From sequence record NC_025447.1: a stretch of DNA of 64,000 nt. One strand, given 5' to 3'. The position numbers and the translations under genes are program-made. Positions 44,847 through 54,522 of this stretch are shown here, piece by piece. Within the stretch, counting starts at the first letter, position 1; each line of letters starts with the position of its first letter. Below the pieces are notes generated by a model. That model was not told the DNA's origin. It did not search any database and worked only from the letters and a program-made list of their open reading frames with translations.

Positions 44847-45069
44847 AGAACCAGAAACAATGAGTCCATATACGATGAAAGGTTTTGAATTCATGATGGA
44901 TTCGATTTTGAAGAATTCGTGTTTAGTACACAATCCTGAGCGTGCAACAGTGAGGGAATATCAGGACAATGCATTACAGCGTGTAATGAATATGTACAGG
45001 AATACGAGTCGCAAGCTTTGTGCGTTGAAAAGGATTGAAGAAATCAAGGTTTCTAGGCTGAATAAATAG
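44833..45069 (+). CDS. Small hypothetical protein
   Basis: ORF in operon. Confidence 0.6.
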   Translation: MITFEEPETMSPYTMKGFEFMMDSILKNSCLVHNPERATVREYQDNALQRVMNMYRNTSRKLCALKRIEEIKVSRLNK

Positions 45070-45268
45070 AGACGTTTCATTTTGACAGGCCGCAGGGGGG
45101 GTCAAAAAAATTTCCGCTGAAAAACATGCTAAGGTATATGTTTAATATAAAGTTTTATATTGTGTTTTTCAGAGTACAGTTCATGTTTCCTGAAACAAAA
45201 AAAATACCCCGCCACCGAACGTGCTCTTTATATTGGAGTTTACCTTATTAATTATAGTAGAGATTAAG
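45070..45268. other. Structured intergenic island
   Basis: TTTTGAC..GTCAAAA, CTGAAAAACA/TGTTTTTCAG, AATATAAA/TTTATATT and TGTTTC/GAAACA inverted repeats; G7 run. Confidence 0.5.
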
Positions 45269-45646
45269 ATGGAAATAAAATATAATGAATTTTGTGCAAG
45301 GACATGGATGTACACTGGTGAGTTAGTTACGCACTCTAACTTATACAAGGGTGATTTAAACTACGCCAGGGACAAGATTTTAAAGTACTGGAATGCTGAC
45401 TTTTATTTGATGGATTTTAGTACTGGGTTTAGGGGTAAAGCAACCGAGATGTTGGACTATACAGTACTTGATGATGCTGCACTGTTTCAGGAGGCATTAG
45501 TATTTGATAAGAAGTACATCTGTACATTAGAAGAGATGATTGAATTACAGCGTAGAATTAAATGTATTCACAGGGAATGTATAGATATCTGGTGCAGTAC
45601 TGGTGAAGATAATTTTTGTAATCATTTCAATCTAGGGGAAGTGTGA
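45269..45646 (+). CDS. Family C protein (LFQEALVFD subgroup)
   Basis: DAALFQEALVFDKKY. Confidence 0.75.
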   Translation: MEIKYNEFCARTWMYTGELVTHSNLYKGDLNYARDKILKYWNADFYLMDFSTGFRGKATEMLDYTVLDDAALFQEALVFDKKYICTLEEMIELQRRIKCIHRECIDIWCSTGEDNFCNHFNLGEV

Positions 45647-45870
45647 TGGAATTTGATTTTTTAATATCAGTACATACGGTCAAGGGTGCACCTCAGTACC
45701 TTTGTAATTTAAACAAAGGTGATTTGATTATGGATACAGATACAGAGGTTGTATACAGTTCTAATGTTCTGTGCAAGGAATTTCAGAATTCGAAAATGCT
45801 TGAGTTATTGTGCATTGCTGATTGTAATATTCTGTACAAATTCAGTACTAATCTGAAGGAGATTTTATGA
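45643..45870 (+). CDS. Short paralog of 46235-46591
   Basis: Shares MEFDFLISVH..QY.CNLNKGDL, then diverges. Confidence 0.65.
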   Translation: MMEFDFLISVHTVKGAPQYLCNLNKGDLIMDTDTEVVYSSNVLCKEFQNSKMLELLCIADCNILYKFSTNLKEIL

Positions 45871-46235
45871 AAAAAGAAATTAGAATCCAATTCGGTATGA
45901 GGAAAAAAGAGGTCATCTGTACACTGAATCATGCGGACGTGGAAATGGGTGGTGCATTACAAAAATTCTCACATTTTGTTCTTGTACTATATGAAAATGG
46001 GTCTTTTAAAATCTTCACATATGATGATTCAAAAAATTACCGTAATGATTTTGTAAATCTTACAGTACTGTCAGAAGAGGAATTCTTTCAGGAAAGTACT
46101 GTCTGGAATTTACAAGGAGCACCAATTGAATACGTCCGTGCTACACAGGTAGAGATGATCAAAACAATGCAGAACTATCCAGAAGATTATATGACTAAGT
46201 TTCATGAATCTTTTAATGTAGAGGTTGAGTACTGA
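45867..46235 (+). CDS. Family C protein
   Basis: EEEFFQESTVWN. Confidence 0.75.
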   Translation: MKKEIRIQFGMRKKEVICTLNHADVEMGGALQKFSHFVLVLYENGSFKIFTYDDSKNYRNDFVNLTVLSEEEFFQESTVWNLQGAPIEYVRATQVEMIKTMQNYPEDYMTKFHESFNVEVEY

Positions 46236-46591
46236 TGGAATTTGATTTTTTAATATCAGTACATTCTTTTAAGCACAGTTTTCAGTACTTTTGTAATTTA
46301 AACAAAGGTGATTTAATGCACAGTGCGAATGAGTATATTCATTTTACTGATGGTAAATTCTCATTTATTGATTACAGTTCATTAGATTTTCCATACACTG
46401 ATATGCCGGACTATACATTGATGGATGCTGGTGAACTATTTCAAGCTGCATTAGTATTTGACAAGAAGTACATCTGTACATTTGAAGAAGTAATTACTAT
46501 ACAAAATGAAATGAAGGTGTATGCATCGTTGAATAAACCTAATGAATGTATTAATCAAGAATACAAATTCAATATAGGAATTCCAAAATGA
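46235..46591 (+). CDS. Family C protein
   Basis: AGELFQAALVFDKKY. Confidence 0.75.
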   Translation: MEFDFLISVHSFKHSFQYFCNLNKGDLMHSANEYIHFTDGKFSFIDYSSLDFPYTDMPDYTLMDAGELFQAALVFDKKYICTFEEVITIQNEMKVYASLNKPNECINQEYKFNIGIPK

Positions 46592-46947
46592 CATATGATT
46601 ATTCTATGTACTATTATAAGTTACCTAAAGGATGGGACTTGTGCTGTAATCTTATTAAGGGAGACTCGGAACATGAGTTGAGTTTATATATGCACTACAA
46701 AGATTCTTGTTTTAAATTTATTCATGTATTACATGATGGCTATGACTATGAATCTGAGAGTCTTATAGATTATACAGTACTGGACGATGGTGAACTATTT
46801 CAGGAAGCATTAGTGTTTGATAAGAATAAGTACTCCTGTACATTTGAAGAAATGGTTTCTTTGCAAAATGAAATGAAGAGATTTGAAAAAGAAAACGTAT
46901 TTAATCCATCCCCATCAAGAACGAATAATTATTATTTCAATATATGA
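46588..46947 (+). CDS. Family C protein
   Basis: DGELFQEALVFDK. Confidence 0.75.
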   Translation: MTYDYSMYYYKLPKGWDLCCNLIKGDSEHELSLYMHYKDSCFKFIHVLHDGYDYESESLIDYTVLDDGELFQEALVFDKNKYSCTFEEMVSLQNEMKRFEKENVFNPSPSRTNNYYFNI

Positions 46948-46956
46948 GATTATAAA

Positions 46957-47451
46957 ATGACATTACAGAGTTCATTGGAAAAAGCAAAGAAGATTCATGA
47001 GTACATGAATATGGTAAAAGAAGGTTCAGTTTACGGTGTTTTCAAAGACACAAGTACTCAATATTATGTGCCAGATAACCTCCTTTATAATGACTGCTCA
47101 GATACAGAAACGTGCGTACTGGATACAGAAACGTGTGTACTGGATACCGACCCTAATGATTATGAATGTTTCATTGATATGCATAATGAGTACATGGTCT
47201 ATATTAATGATGCAGATATTACCATATACAGTACTGACTGCGATTCCGATGACATTATAATTCCGAGTGAAGTACTAGAAGGTCAGTGGGATAGTGAAGA
47301 GTATTACTTCCAACAAAGTACTGTTTACGATGATGAAGTACTTGATGTTATTATAATTATGTGGTACTTTAAAAGTATTGGTTCTGGGAACTTCTATTTC
47401 GATTACAAATACGTAAAGAAAACTGTAGATAACGGTATTAACAGGTGTTGA
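46957..47451 (+). CDS. Family C protein (MSLxSAL..WxSEEYYFQ subgroup)
   Basis: WDSEEYYFQQSTVYD; internal 21 bp tandem duplication. Confidence 0.8.
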   Translation: MTLQSSLEKAKKIHEYMNMVKEGSVYGVFKDTSTQYYVPDNLLYNDCSDTETCVLDTETCVLDTDPNDYECFIDMHNEYMVYINDADITIYSTDCDSDDIIIPSEVLEGQWDSEEYYFQQSTVYDDEVLDVIIIMWYFKSIGSGNFYFDYKYVKKTVDNGINRC

Positions 47452-47452
47452 A

Positions 47453-47923
47453 ATGAGTTTAGAAAGAGCATTAGAGATTGCGAAGTTAATTGATTTATGC
47501 AGCAAAGAAATTGTATCAAATTGTCTCAATGGATATCTATTCAAGGAAGGTAAATCATATTGTCGAATGATATACGATGACAGTAGTGAATATATCCATA
47601 TGTATGAAGAAAACTTAGATTCTTCTGAAACAACACTCAATGGGTGTGATGTTAATTTGGAAGATAATTACATGTACTTCTGTCGTGATGCTGATATTTT
47701 AATACAAGATTCTGACATTCTAACTGGTGGTGAAGAGAAACATCTTCCGTATTCAGTACTGGATAATAACTGGGGTAGTGAAGATTACTATTTCCAGCAG
47801 AGTACTATATATAATGAAGATATACTTGACAAACTTGTTATTTCTTGGTACTTTCATAACACGGATTATAGTAGCTTCTACATAGACTTGGATCTACTAA
47901 GAGTACTTAAAGAGGATATATGA
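47453..47923 (+). CDS. Family C protein
   Basis: WGSEDYYFQQSTIYN. Confidence 0.8.
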   Translation: MSLERALEIAKLIDLCSKEIVSNCLNGYLFKEGKSYCRMIYDDSSEYIHMYEENLDSSETTLNGCDVNLEDNYMYFCRDADILIQDSDILTGGEEKHLPYSVLDNNWGSEDYYFQQSTIYNEDILDKLVISWYFHNTDYSSFYIDLDLLRVLKEDI

Positions 47924-48360
47924 GTTTAGAAAAAGCACTAGAACTAGCCAACAAAATACATCAGTACCATGATAAAATAAAAAGTGGGTTCTATGCTGAT
48001 AAAGTACATGCATATGGGAATGAATATTACCTCACTGGAGTAAAGAGATACTCTAATGATATTTTACTTATGGGTCATGATAAAGACAATAATATACAGT
48101 ACTCTTCATGTAGTCAATATACTAGTTTTATGGTATATATTCCTGGTACTAAGATTACTTTTGACACATCAAATACACCTGTTGACTTCGAGGTACTTGA
48201 TGGCCCGTGGGGTACTGAAGAGTATTACTTCCAACAGAGTCTCATTTTTAACCAAGAAATGCTTGATTCCTTGGTTGTGTTGTGGTACTTTAAGGAATTG
48301 AATTTTGAACCATTCTTTCTTGACTGGGGATCATGTGAGTATTTAATTTCAGGGGAATAA
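47920..48360 (+). CDS. Family C protein
   Basis: WGTEEYYFQQSLIFN. Confidence 0.8.
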   Translation: MSLEKALELANKIHQYHDKIKSGFYADKVHAYGNEYYLTGVKRYSNDILLMGHDKDNNIQYSSCSQYTSFMVYIPGTKITFDTSNTPVDFEVLDGPWGTEEYYFQQSLIFNQEMLDSLVVLWYFKELNFEPFFLDWGSCEYLISGE

Positions 48361-48362
48361 TA

Positions 48363-48851
48363 ATGTCATTACAAAGTGCGTTGAAAGAAGCAAAGAAGAT
48401 TCATGAGTACATGATTATGGTACAGGAAGGTTCAGTACCAGGTGTATACAAAACATCAGATACGGAATTCTTCGTTAAGGATAGAGATGATTATGACGAT
48501 TCAGAGGTATGTGCAGAAACATTAGTACTGCACACTGATACTGGTGACAGTGATAACTGTGAATATCATATGTACAATCAGTACATTAGTTATTGCCGTA
48601 ATGAAGATATTACCATCTACAACACAGATAGTGATGCTGATGACACTATCATTCCTTATTCAGTTCTGGAAGGTCAGTGGGATAGTGAAGAATATTACTT
48701 CCAGAATAGTACTATCTACAATGAAGAAGAACTGGATGTTATTGTGATTATGTGGTATTTCAAAAGTATTGACTCCAGTAGTTTCTATTTTGATTATGAA
48801 TATGTAGAGAATACAGTAGGAGAAGGTAATGTCATTACAAAGTGCTCTTGA
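48363..48851 (+). CDS. Family C protein
   Basis: WDSEEYYFQNSTIYN. Confidence 0.8.
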   Translation: MSLQSALKEAKKIHEYMIMVQEGSVPGVYKTSDTEFFVKDRDDYDDSEVCAETLVLHTDTGDSDNCEYHMYNQYISYCRNEDITIYNTDSDADDTIIPYSVLEGQWDSEEYYFQNSTIYNEEELDVIVIMWYFKSIDSSSFYFDYEYVENTVGEGNVITKCS

Positions 48852-49281
48852 AAAAGCAAAAGAACTACATGGATACTTTGAAGATATAAAGGCCGGAAAG
48901 TTCAAAGAAGTGTACAAAGCCGAGAACGGTAACTACTACAAAGATGAAATGTATAATAACTCCGTTGGTGTAAGGGTTATTCTTGGGTTGAATTCCAATA
49001 GCCCAGTGTCGTATTCGGAATACAATAGAGATGCAGAATTCATTAGTTATGTTGAAAATGGTAGCATTCGTTTTATTAATAGACAAAAACCATTAACATT
49101 GAATTGTGAAGTACTGAATGGTCCGTGGAATAGTGAAGAGTATTACTTCCAAAACAGTACTGTATATGATGATGAAGTACTTGAAGCATTAGTTATTATG
49201 TGGTACTTCAAGAGTGTTAGCTGTCCTCGATTTTATTTGGATTTCGAAGATCTTCGTAAAGTACCAGAAGGTATAGAATGA
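48829..49281 (+). CDS. Family C protein
   Basis: WNSEEYYFQNSTVYD. Confidence 0.8.
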   Translation: MSLQSALEKAKELHGYFEDIKAGKFKEVYKAENGNYYKDEMYNNSVGVRVILGLNSNSPVSYSEYNRDAEFISYVENGSIRFINRQKPLTLNCEVLNGPWNSEEYYFQNSTVYDDEVLEALVIMWYFKSVSCPRFYLDFEDLRKVPEGIE

Positions 49282-49592
49282 AAAACTTATTCAGTGTTCA
49301 GTACGTTCCTGGTGAAATTGGTTTATTGTATCTATTTGACCATGATAATTCATTATTACTAGTAGTGAAGAAATGCCAAGCTAGTTCGTTTGTTGAATAC
49401 ATTCACGATAGTGAATACATTCCTGATTTCCTAGAGTGTGATTATCACGATGAACATGAATCATTTATTTTTCAGGAATCACTCGTATGGGATAAATCGA
49501 TCAACTTCTTTACGTTAATTGAATTACAAAAGCAGGTGAAGTATTATTGGGATTACTTAATTACACAGGATTACATTGAGATTGAAACATAA
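49278..49592 (+). CDS. Family C protein
   Basis: ESFIFQESLVWD. Confidence 0.75.
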   Translation: MKNLFSVQYVPGEIGLLYLFDHDNSLLLVVKKCQASSFVEYIHDSEYIPDFLECDYHDEHESFIFQESLVWDKSINFFTLIELQKQVKYYWDYLITQDYIEIET

Positions 49593-49900
49593 TGACAAAA
49601 AATGAATTTGATTCACTTTGTACGGTTTATAATTCATTGACAGAAATACCTGACTTTATTAATTACATTTCAGCTTTAAATCAAATTATGAATAGTTTTG
49701 AACAATCGTTTGAAGAGAAATATGCAGGTAGAAAAGTTCTATGTCATATGTCAATGTACTTGGGAGATGGTGAGCCTTACACTACCAGTACTACATGTGA
49801 AATAAAAAAATATAATATATTATTGGGCACAATAGAATTCACAGTATCCAATGGTGGTAGTTATATGTACTTTAGAGATGGAGTGGTTGAATTATTATGA
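49592..49900 (+). CDS. Hypothetical protein
   Basis: TAATG coupling. Confidence 0.65.
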   Translation: MTKNEFDSLCTVYNSLTEIPDFINYISALNQIMNSFEQSFEEKYAGRKVLCHMSMYLGDGEPYTTSTTCEIKKYNILLGTIEFTVSNGGSYMYFRDGVVELL

Positions 49901-50346
49901 GTTACGAAAGTGCAATCAAGAAAGCAAATGATATTCTAAAAGTTGTTCAGTTCTTCAAAGAAAATCCTGAATACTTAGCTGATGAAAACCATGATCACGA
50001 TGAGAGATTGAGACGAAAAATTGTCGCTTTATTTGACACTAATGCGGATAATTATAGTCTAATTGAGTTAGCATACGATTATATTTCATTGAACCGAAAC
50101 GGACATTTAGTTAATATAGAAAGACATGCGAGTGAAGAATCTTTTAAAATTTCAGACATTTTATCCCTGAGTACTGAAGAAGGGTACTTCCAGGGTAGTA
50201 CTGTTTATGAACAAGGAACACTTGACAATCTATGCACATTCAGTGTAATATATCAGAAATCAGTACTGGATGTATTTTATCTTGACACTGCTGAACTGGA
50301 TACACTAATCAATTTTGTTACTACTGAAGAGGCCACATTTGAGTGA
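49897..50346 (+). CDS. Family C protein
   Basis: EEGYFQGSTVYE. Confidence 0.75.
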   Translation: MSYESAIKKANDILKVVQFFKENPEYLADENHDHDERLRRKIVALFDTNADNYSLIELAYDYISLNRNGHLVNIERHASEESFKISDILSLSTEEGYFQGSTVYEQGTLDNLCTFSVIYQKSVLDVFYLDTAELDTLINFVTTEEATFE

Positions 50347-50879
50347 TGAAAGTTAACATCAATGACTTTGATGCATTACAAGATTTATCAAAAAAGATTC
50401 GCATAATCGTACCAGTACTCAAAAAATGCAGTACTGGTTTAATTGATCCTAGTACTGTTGTTAATGAGAAGTACAATTTTCATCGTGTATTACAGGGTAC
50501 AGGTGCATTTCAGAAGTGTGATGTACGTGAGAAACACGTAATTGATACATCATTGTTTTCTATTGGTGCACCTGTGTCGAATAATTCTATTTTCCTGGAT
50601 AACGCAGGAAATATTCAACAATTAACATTTAAGAAAAGGAAAAAGAACAATAACATTGGTGTGTACGCGATGAAGTGGGGTCAACCTGATTTGAAGCGTG
50701 AAATTCACATCCCTAAGTACAATTACAATGCATTTGACGAACAGTGTTTTCAACTATCGTGTACTGACCCTGACTATGCAATCATTCAGTTCTATATGGA
50801 ATTGCAGATAGCATTTAACAGTAATTTATATATTAACTTGTTGGCAATGAACATCGATGAAGTATTCAAAAACATTTAA
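50343..50879 (+). CDS. Family C protein
   Basis: DEQCFQLSCTD. Confidence 0.7.
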   Translation: MMKVNINDFDALQDLSKKIRIIVPVLKKCSTGLIDPSTVVNEKYNFHRVLQGTGAFQKCDVREKHVIDTSLFSIGAPVSNNSIFLDNAGNIQQLTFKKRKKNNNIGVYAMKWGQPDLKREIHIPKYNYNAFDEQCFQLSCTDPDYAIIQFYMELQIAFNSNLYINLLAMNIDEVFKNI

Positions 50880-51075
50880 TCGAATTGAATACATGAGAAC
50901 TGTGAGTGCAGTGTGGGACATATGGTTCACTACTAAACCAAAAATGGATTACCATGACTTTAAGCTCTTGTTCTTCGTTGGCTCTAACAAACAGGATGTT
51001 GCAATGAAGGGTTATATTCAGCACTTACAGGAACTAATACAGAAGAGGGTTAATGAAAATAATAGACCAAGATGA
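50857..51075 (+). CDS. Family B small protein
   Basis: FFVGSNKQD. Confidence 0.7.
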   Translation: MKYSKTFNRIEYMRTVSAVWDIWFTTKPKMDYHDFKLLFFVGSNKQDVAMKGYIQHLQELIQKRVNENNRPR

Positions 51076-51244
51076 TATTGCTAAACTATTCAATATATAT
51101 TCTACTAGAATGATGCAAACAGACTCATATAGTACTGAATTCAAAGAGTTGAAAGTACTGATGTACTTGGGAACCCAATATCAGGAACAAGTTATTTTGG
51201 AATATATTAATTCGTTGAAGAAGGATATCCGTTATGTACGATGA
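51053..51244 (+). CDS. Family B small protein
   Basis: YLGTQYQE. Confidence 0.75.
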   Translation: MKIIDQDDIAKLFNIYSTRMMQTDSYSTEFKELKVLMYLGTQYQEQVILEYINSLKKDIRYVR

Positions 51245-51794
51245 TTTAGATCTTGCGTTTGAACGTATGGTAATTTTAATGCAATGTGCAGAAATGCATG
51301 AAACAATCCGTCGCACCAAAGGGATTGAATATACAAGTAAACTATTCTCATACGAAAGTCGTCGAGGGATGGATCATTTTTACTGCACTGATTGTTCAAA
51401 GTTTTCAGTACTGAAATATTATCATCCTACTGTTTCCAATAATAGTTTAATATCCACATATGACGGTGATCTGTTTAGTGTAATGTATGACACATTACAT
51501 CCATCAATTTCAATCTATAAAGATTGCGATAGTAGTTTATCGTATATAATTGAAGATTACTTATCTCCTAATACTGAAGAGAATATTTTTCAGAACAGTG
51601 TGTTGCATGATGAATTAAGTATAAAATGCATCTATATGTTCAATAAGTTAAAAGAGTACGCCGATAATAATTACTTCATTGATGATTTAGCGGTATTGTC
51701 TGTTTCCGTTTTTAATACAAATGATATTGATATGAAATACTATAATGAGATTTGTAAAGTACATCATATGTATAAGGAACTATTATGTCAATAA
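51234..51794 (+). CDS. Family C protein
   Basis: EENIFQNSVLHD. Confidence 0.75.
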   Translation: MYDDLDLAFERMVILMQCAEMHETIRRTKGIEYTSKLFSYESRRGMDHFYCTDCSKFSVLKYYHPTVSNNSLISTYDGDLFSVMYDTLHPSISIYKDCDSSLSYIIEDYLSPNTEENIFQNSVLHDELSIKCIYMFNKLKEYADNNYFIDDLAVLSVSVFNTNDIDMKYYNEICKVHHMYKELLCQ

Positions 51795-52387
51795 ATGCAA
51801 ATAAATGTTGTAGTGCAGATGTGCATTTGTTTTTTAAGAAATTAGCAAATGATATTATATATATGCAGGAAATGATTTATCACAAACGAGCGGATTTAGA
51901 AAAAGCATTAGTACAGTTCTCATTTATGCTTGATGGTGATATATTTCTAGAGAGTGATGCATTGCAAATAGTATTAGACAAAAATGCTAAAAGATTTTTA
52001 TTTCATATAGATAATAAATTATGTTCCTCCGTATGTCGTACTTTTTATAATCGTGATTCGGACTTATATCAATTCCTTTATTCTAAAGGTGCAGTAGAAG
52101 CATCATATGGTGATGGTTATGCCCTAGGAAAGAGTATTCCATTTATGAAATCATTTAAAATAGAACACATCAGTACTGATGAAGATGCAATGTTCACAAA
52201 TGATATAACTATGGGACGTGAAGATGCAATGCGATATATTACAAATTCTATGCATACATTCTTTCAACGAACAGAATTTGATAATGTATATATATCAAAT
52301 GTAAATATTTTCAATGACCTGTGTCAGTACTTGAGAAGTGTTTGTAATTTCGATGAAAGCTATTGTAAGCTATATACTGAGGTATAA
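51785..52387 (+). CDS. Hypothetical protein, possible divergent family C
   Basis: DEDAMFTND. Confidence 0.65.
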   Translation: MSINANKCCSADVHLFFKKLANDIIYMQEMIYHKRADLEKALVQFSFMLDGDIFLESDALQIVLDKNAKRFLFHIDNKLCSSVCRTFYNRDSDLYQFLYSKGAVEASYGDGYALGKSIPFMKSFKIEHISTDEDAMFTNDITMGREDAMRYITNSMHTFFQRTEFDNVYISNVNIFNDLCQYLRSVCNFDESYCKLYTEV

Positions 52388-52392
52388 AACAA

Positions 52393-52755
52393 ATGAACAC
52401 ATTAAGTATTACATACTATACAACTAAAAAATTAGTTACTTGTTTAATATCTTTGAAGACAAACCATGATGATATGTTTGATATGGCTGCATATGAATTA
52501 GAATTATCAGAAGATGGCTTCAAGAGCTATGAAGTATATAGCTATGTCCGTGAAGATGTAATTGACACTACACTAATGCAAGAGGATGAGTTATTCCAAG
52601 AAAGTTTAGTATGGGATAATAAGTACGATTGTAACTTTGATTTCTTATGTTTAATCCAGAAAGAAATGAAAAGAATCTTTGATAATTATCCAATCAAACG
52701 TTTCAGTACTGCACCTGAGCAATATAAAAGGATTATATTCACCTATGAAGATTGA
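52393..52755 (+). CDS. Family C protein
   Basis: EDELFQESLVWD. Confidence 0.75.
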   Translation: MNTLSITYYTTKKLVTCLISLKTNHDDMFDMAAYELELSEDGFKSYEVYSYVREDVIDTTLMQEDELFQESLVWDNKYDCNFDFLCLIQKEMKRIFDNYPIKRFSTAPEQYKRIIFTYED

Positions 52756-53122
52756 ATTTGAAGTTATTACATATAGTATAGGTGATGGTATCCGTTGCTA
52801 TGTACAAGCAAGGCATATGGTTCCTGATGATAAACTGTCACCCAAAAGCTTCTGTATCACACAAGATCTCTTAGATATCAACGGAGAGTACAAGTACATA
52901 TATTATCTTACTAAGGGTTATTGTAGTACACGTGGTTTTAATATTGTAGCTGTTTCTAGAGATGAAATTGATGATTTAACTGAGTACGGGGAAGAAGAGA
53001 TGTTCCAGTACAGTACTGTTTTTAATGAACTGGATGTGTTTCTGTTACGAAAAATACAACACATTATGCAAGAATGTTTGCATCATAAGAGAGGTATGGT
53101 ATGCGACGTGAATCTGAATTAG
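52745..53122 (+). CDS. Family C protein
   Basis: EEEMFQYSTVFN; start corrected. Confidence 0.75.
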   Translation: MKIEFEVITYSIGDGIRCYVQARHMVPDDKLSPKSFCITQDLLDINGEYKYIYYLTKGYCSTRGFNIVAVSRDEIDDLTEYGEEEMFQYSTVFNELDVFLLRKIQHIMQECLHHKRGMVCDVNLN

Positions 53123-53442
53123 TTAAAGTAATGTACGCTACTCATATTAAACTACTACTTGTTAAATTTGATTATAATAAAAAACATAATGATTTCTATA
53201 CTTTAATTCGTGATGAAAATACATTCTCCTTGCGATGCAACAATATACCCTTGAAGATAAATGATTTTACTTCACTTGACGAGGGGGAATTATTTCAAGA
53301 ATCATTAGTTTTTAATAGTAATATAAAAATTGATATAGAAGTTATTAAAAAATACCAGATTCTATTGAACAAAATTATGAATTGTTATCCATGTGAAATA
53401 GGTGGTCATATGCAGTTCAAATCAAAAATGTATGAATTATGA
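53101..53442 (+). CDS. Family C protein
   Basis: EGELFQESLVFN. Confidence 0.75.
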   Translation: MRRESELVKVMYATHIKLLLVKFDYNKKHNDFYTLIRDENTFSLRCNNIPLKINDFTSLDEGELFQESLVFNSNIKIDIEVIKKYQILLNKIMNCYPCEIGGHMQFKSKMYEL

Positions 53443-53449
53443 GGTTTAT

Positions 53450-53986
53450 ATGTTAGATAAAAAAATGAACTCTGGAACCCAATATAATCATCTTAAGTTG
53501 GATACATTCGAATCAGCTATCAGTACAGCACAAGATATAATTGATATTATCAAGTTCATTAAAGAAGATAAGTTCAAATGTTTGAAAATACTAAATCGTT
53601 CAATGTACCGTGATAAAAATATTCATGTATCAGTACGTAGACCGAAAGATCAAGAAAGTGGGAGAGATTTCTATAACAACAGTGAGCAGTTCGAATGTGA
53701 ATATGATCCAGAATTTAGAGGTGGTTTCATGTGTTACTGTATGAAGGATACCTCACACATTGAGATACGTTCATCGAAAGGTGGCATACGTACATTAGAG
53801 TTTATTGATATAGTTTTAAATCAGGAATACTACTTTCAACTATCATTATTGTTTCCTGCATACGATTTAGGAGTTCTATTCATGTATAAGTACTTTCATG
53901 AGCACTGGAATGAAGACTTCTATCTGGACTTAGAAGATTACCAATTAGTTTGGAAAGAAATGGTAGAACTTCGCAACCCATCTTGA
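53450..53986 (+). CDS. Family C protein
   Basis: QEYYFQLSLLF; start corrected after GAGGT. Confidence 0.75.
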   Translation: MLDKKMNSGTQYNHLKLDTFESAISTAQDIIDIIKFIKEDKFKCLKILNRSMYRDKNIHVSVRRPKDQESGRDFYNNSEQFECEYDPEFRGGFMCYCMKDTSHIEIRSSKGGIRTLEFIDIVLNQEYYFQLSLLFPAYDLGVLFMYKYFHEHWNEDFYLDLEDYQLVWKEMVELRNPS

Positions 53987-54012
53987 CACCCTCCGATTCT
54001 TTGTGATATAAT
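53983..54012 (+). promoter_or_regulatory. sigma70-type promoter
   Basis: TTGACA-18-TATAAT with TGn. Confidence 0.65.
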
Positions 54013-54045
54013 CTCTTTATATTAATTGTAAAGGGTTATATCACA

Positions 54046-54522
54046 ATGTCCAAAGACCTATCATTTAGCAATGCACAAAAAATAGCAAAAGACATTATCA
54101 GGGTTTATAAATTCCTTACAAATGTTACTGAAGATTTTTCCGTGGGCAAACATACAGTCAAAAAACGAAATGGATACCTTTCCTTTATGGATGGGTTACT
54201 CTATAGTTCAGATGAATCAACTTGTAGTATTAGAGTGCTTGATGAAGTACCAAGTGGTGATTTTATTTCATACCATTTCCCAAGTTCAGATAATTTCAAA
54301 TACTACAATCATCATCTTATAAATGAAGGATTTGATACGGCTGAAATTAACACTGAAGAAGAGTTCTTCCAGTACAGTACTGTGTATCCAGAGAGGATTG
54401 TTTTCAGTTCAGTGATTTACACTGCCCTTAAAAATGAACTAAATTCAGATAGTGATCATTTCTACTTGGACCTGAACAATCTCGATTGTATTATTGAGTA
54501 CCTGGAGAAAAATGGTTTATGA
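54046..54522 (+). CDS. Family C protein
   Basis: EEEFFQYSTVY. Confidence 0.75.
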   Translation: MSKDLSFSNAQKIAKDIIRVYKFLTNVTEDFSVGKHTVKKRNGYLSFMDGLLYSSDESTCSIRVLDEVPSGDFISYHFPSSDNFKYYNHHLINEGFDTAEINTEEEFFQYSTVYPERIVFSSVIYTALKNELNSDSDHFYLDLNNLDCIIEYLEKNGL

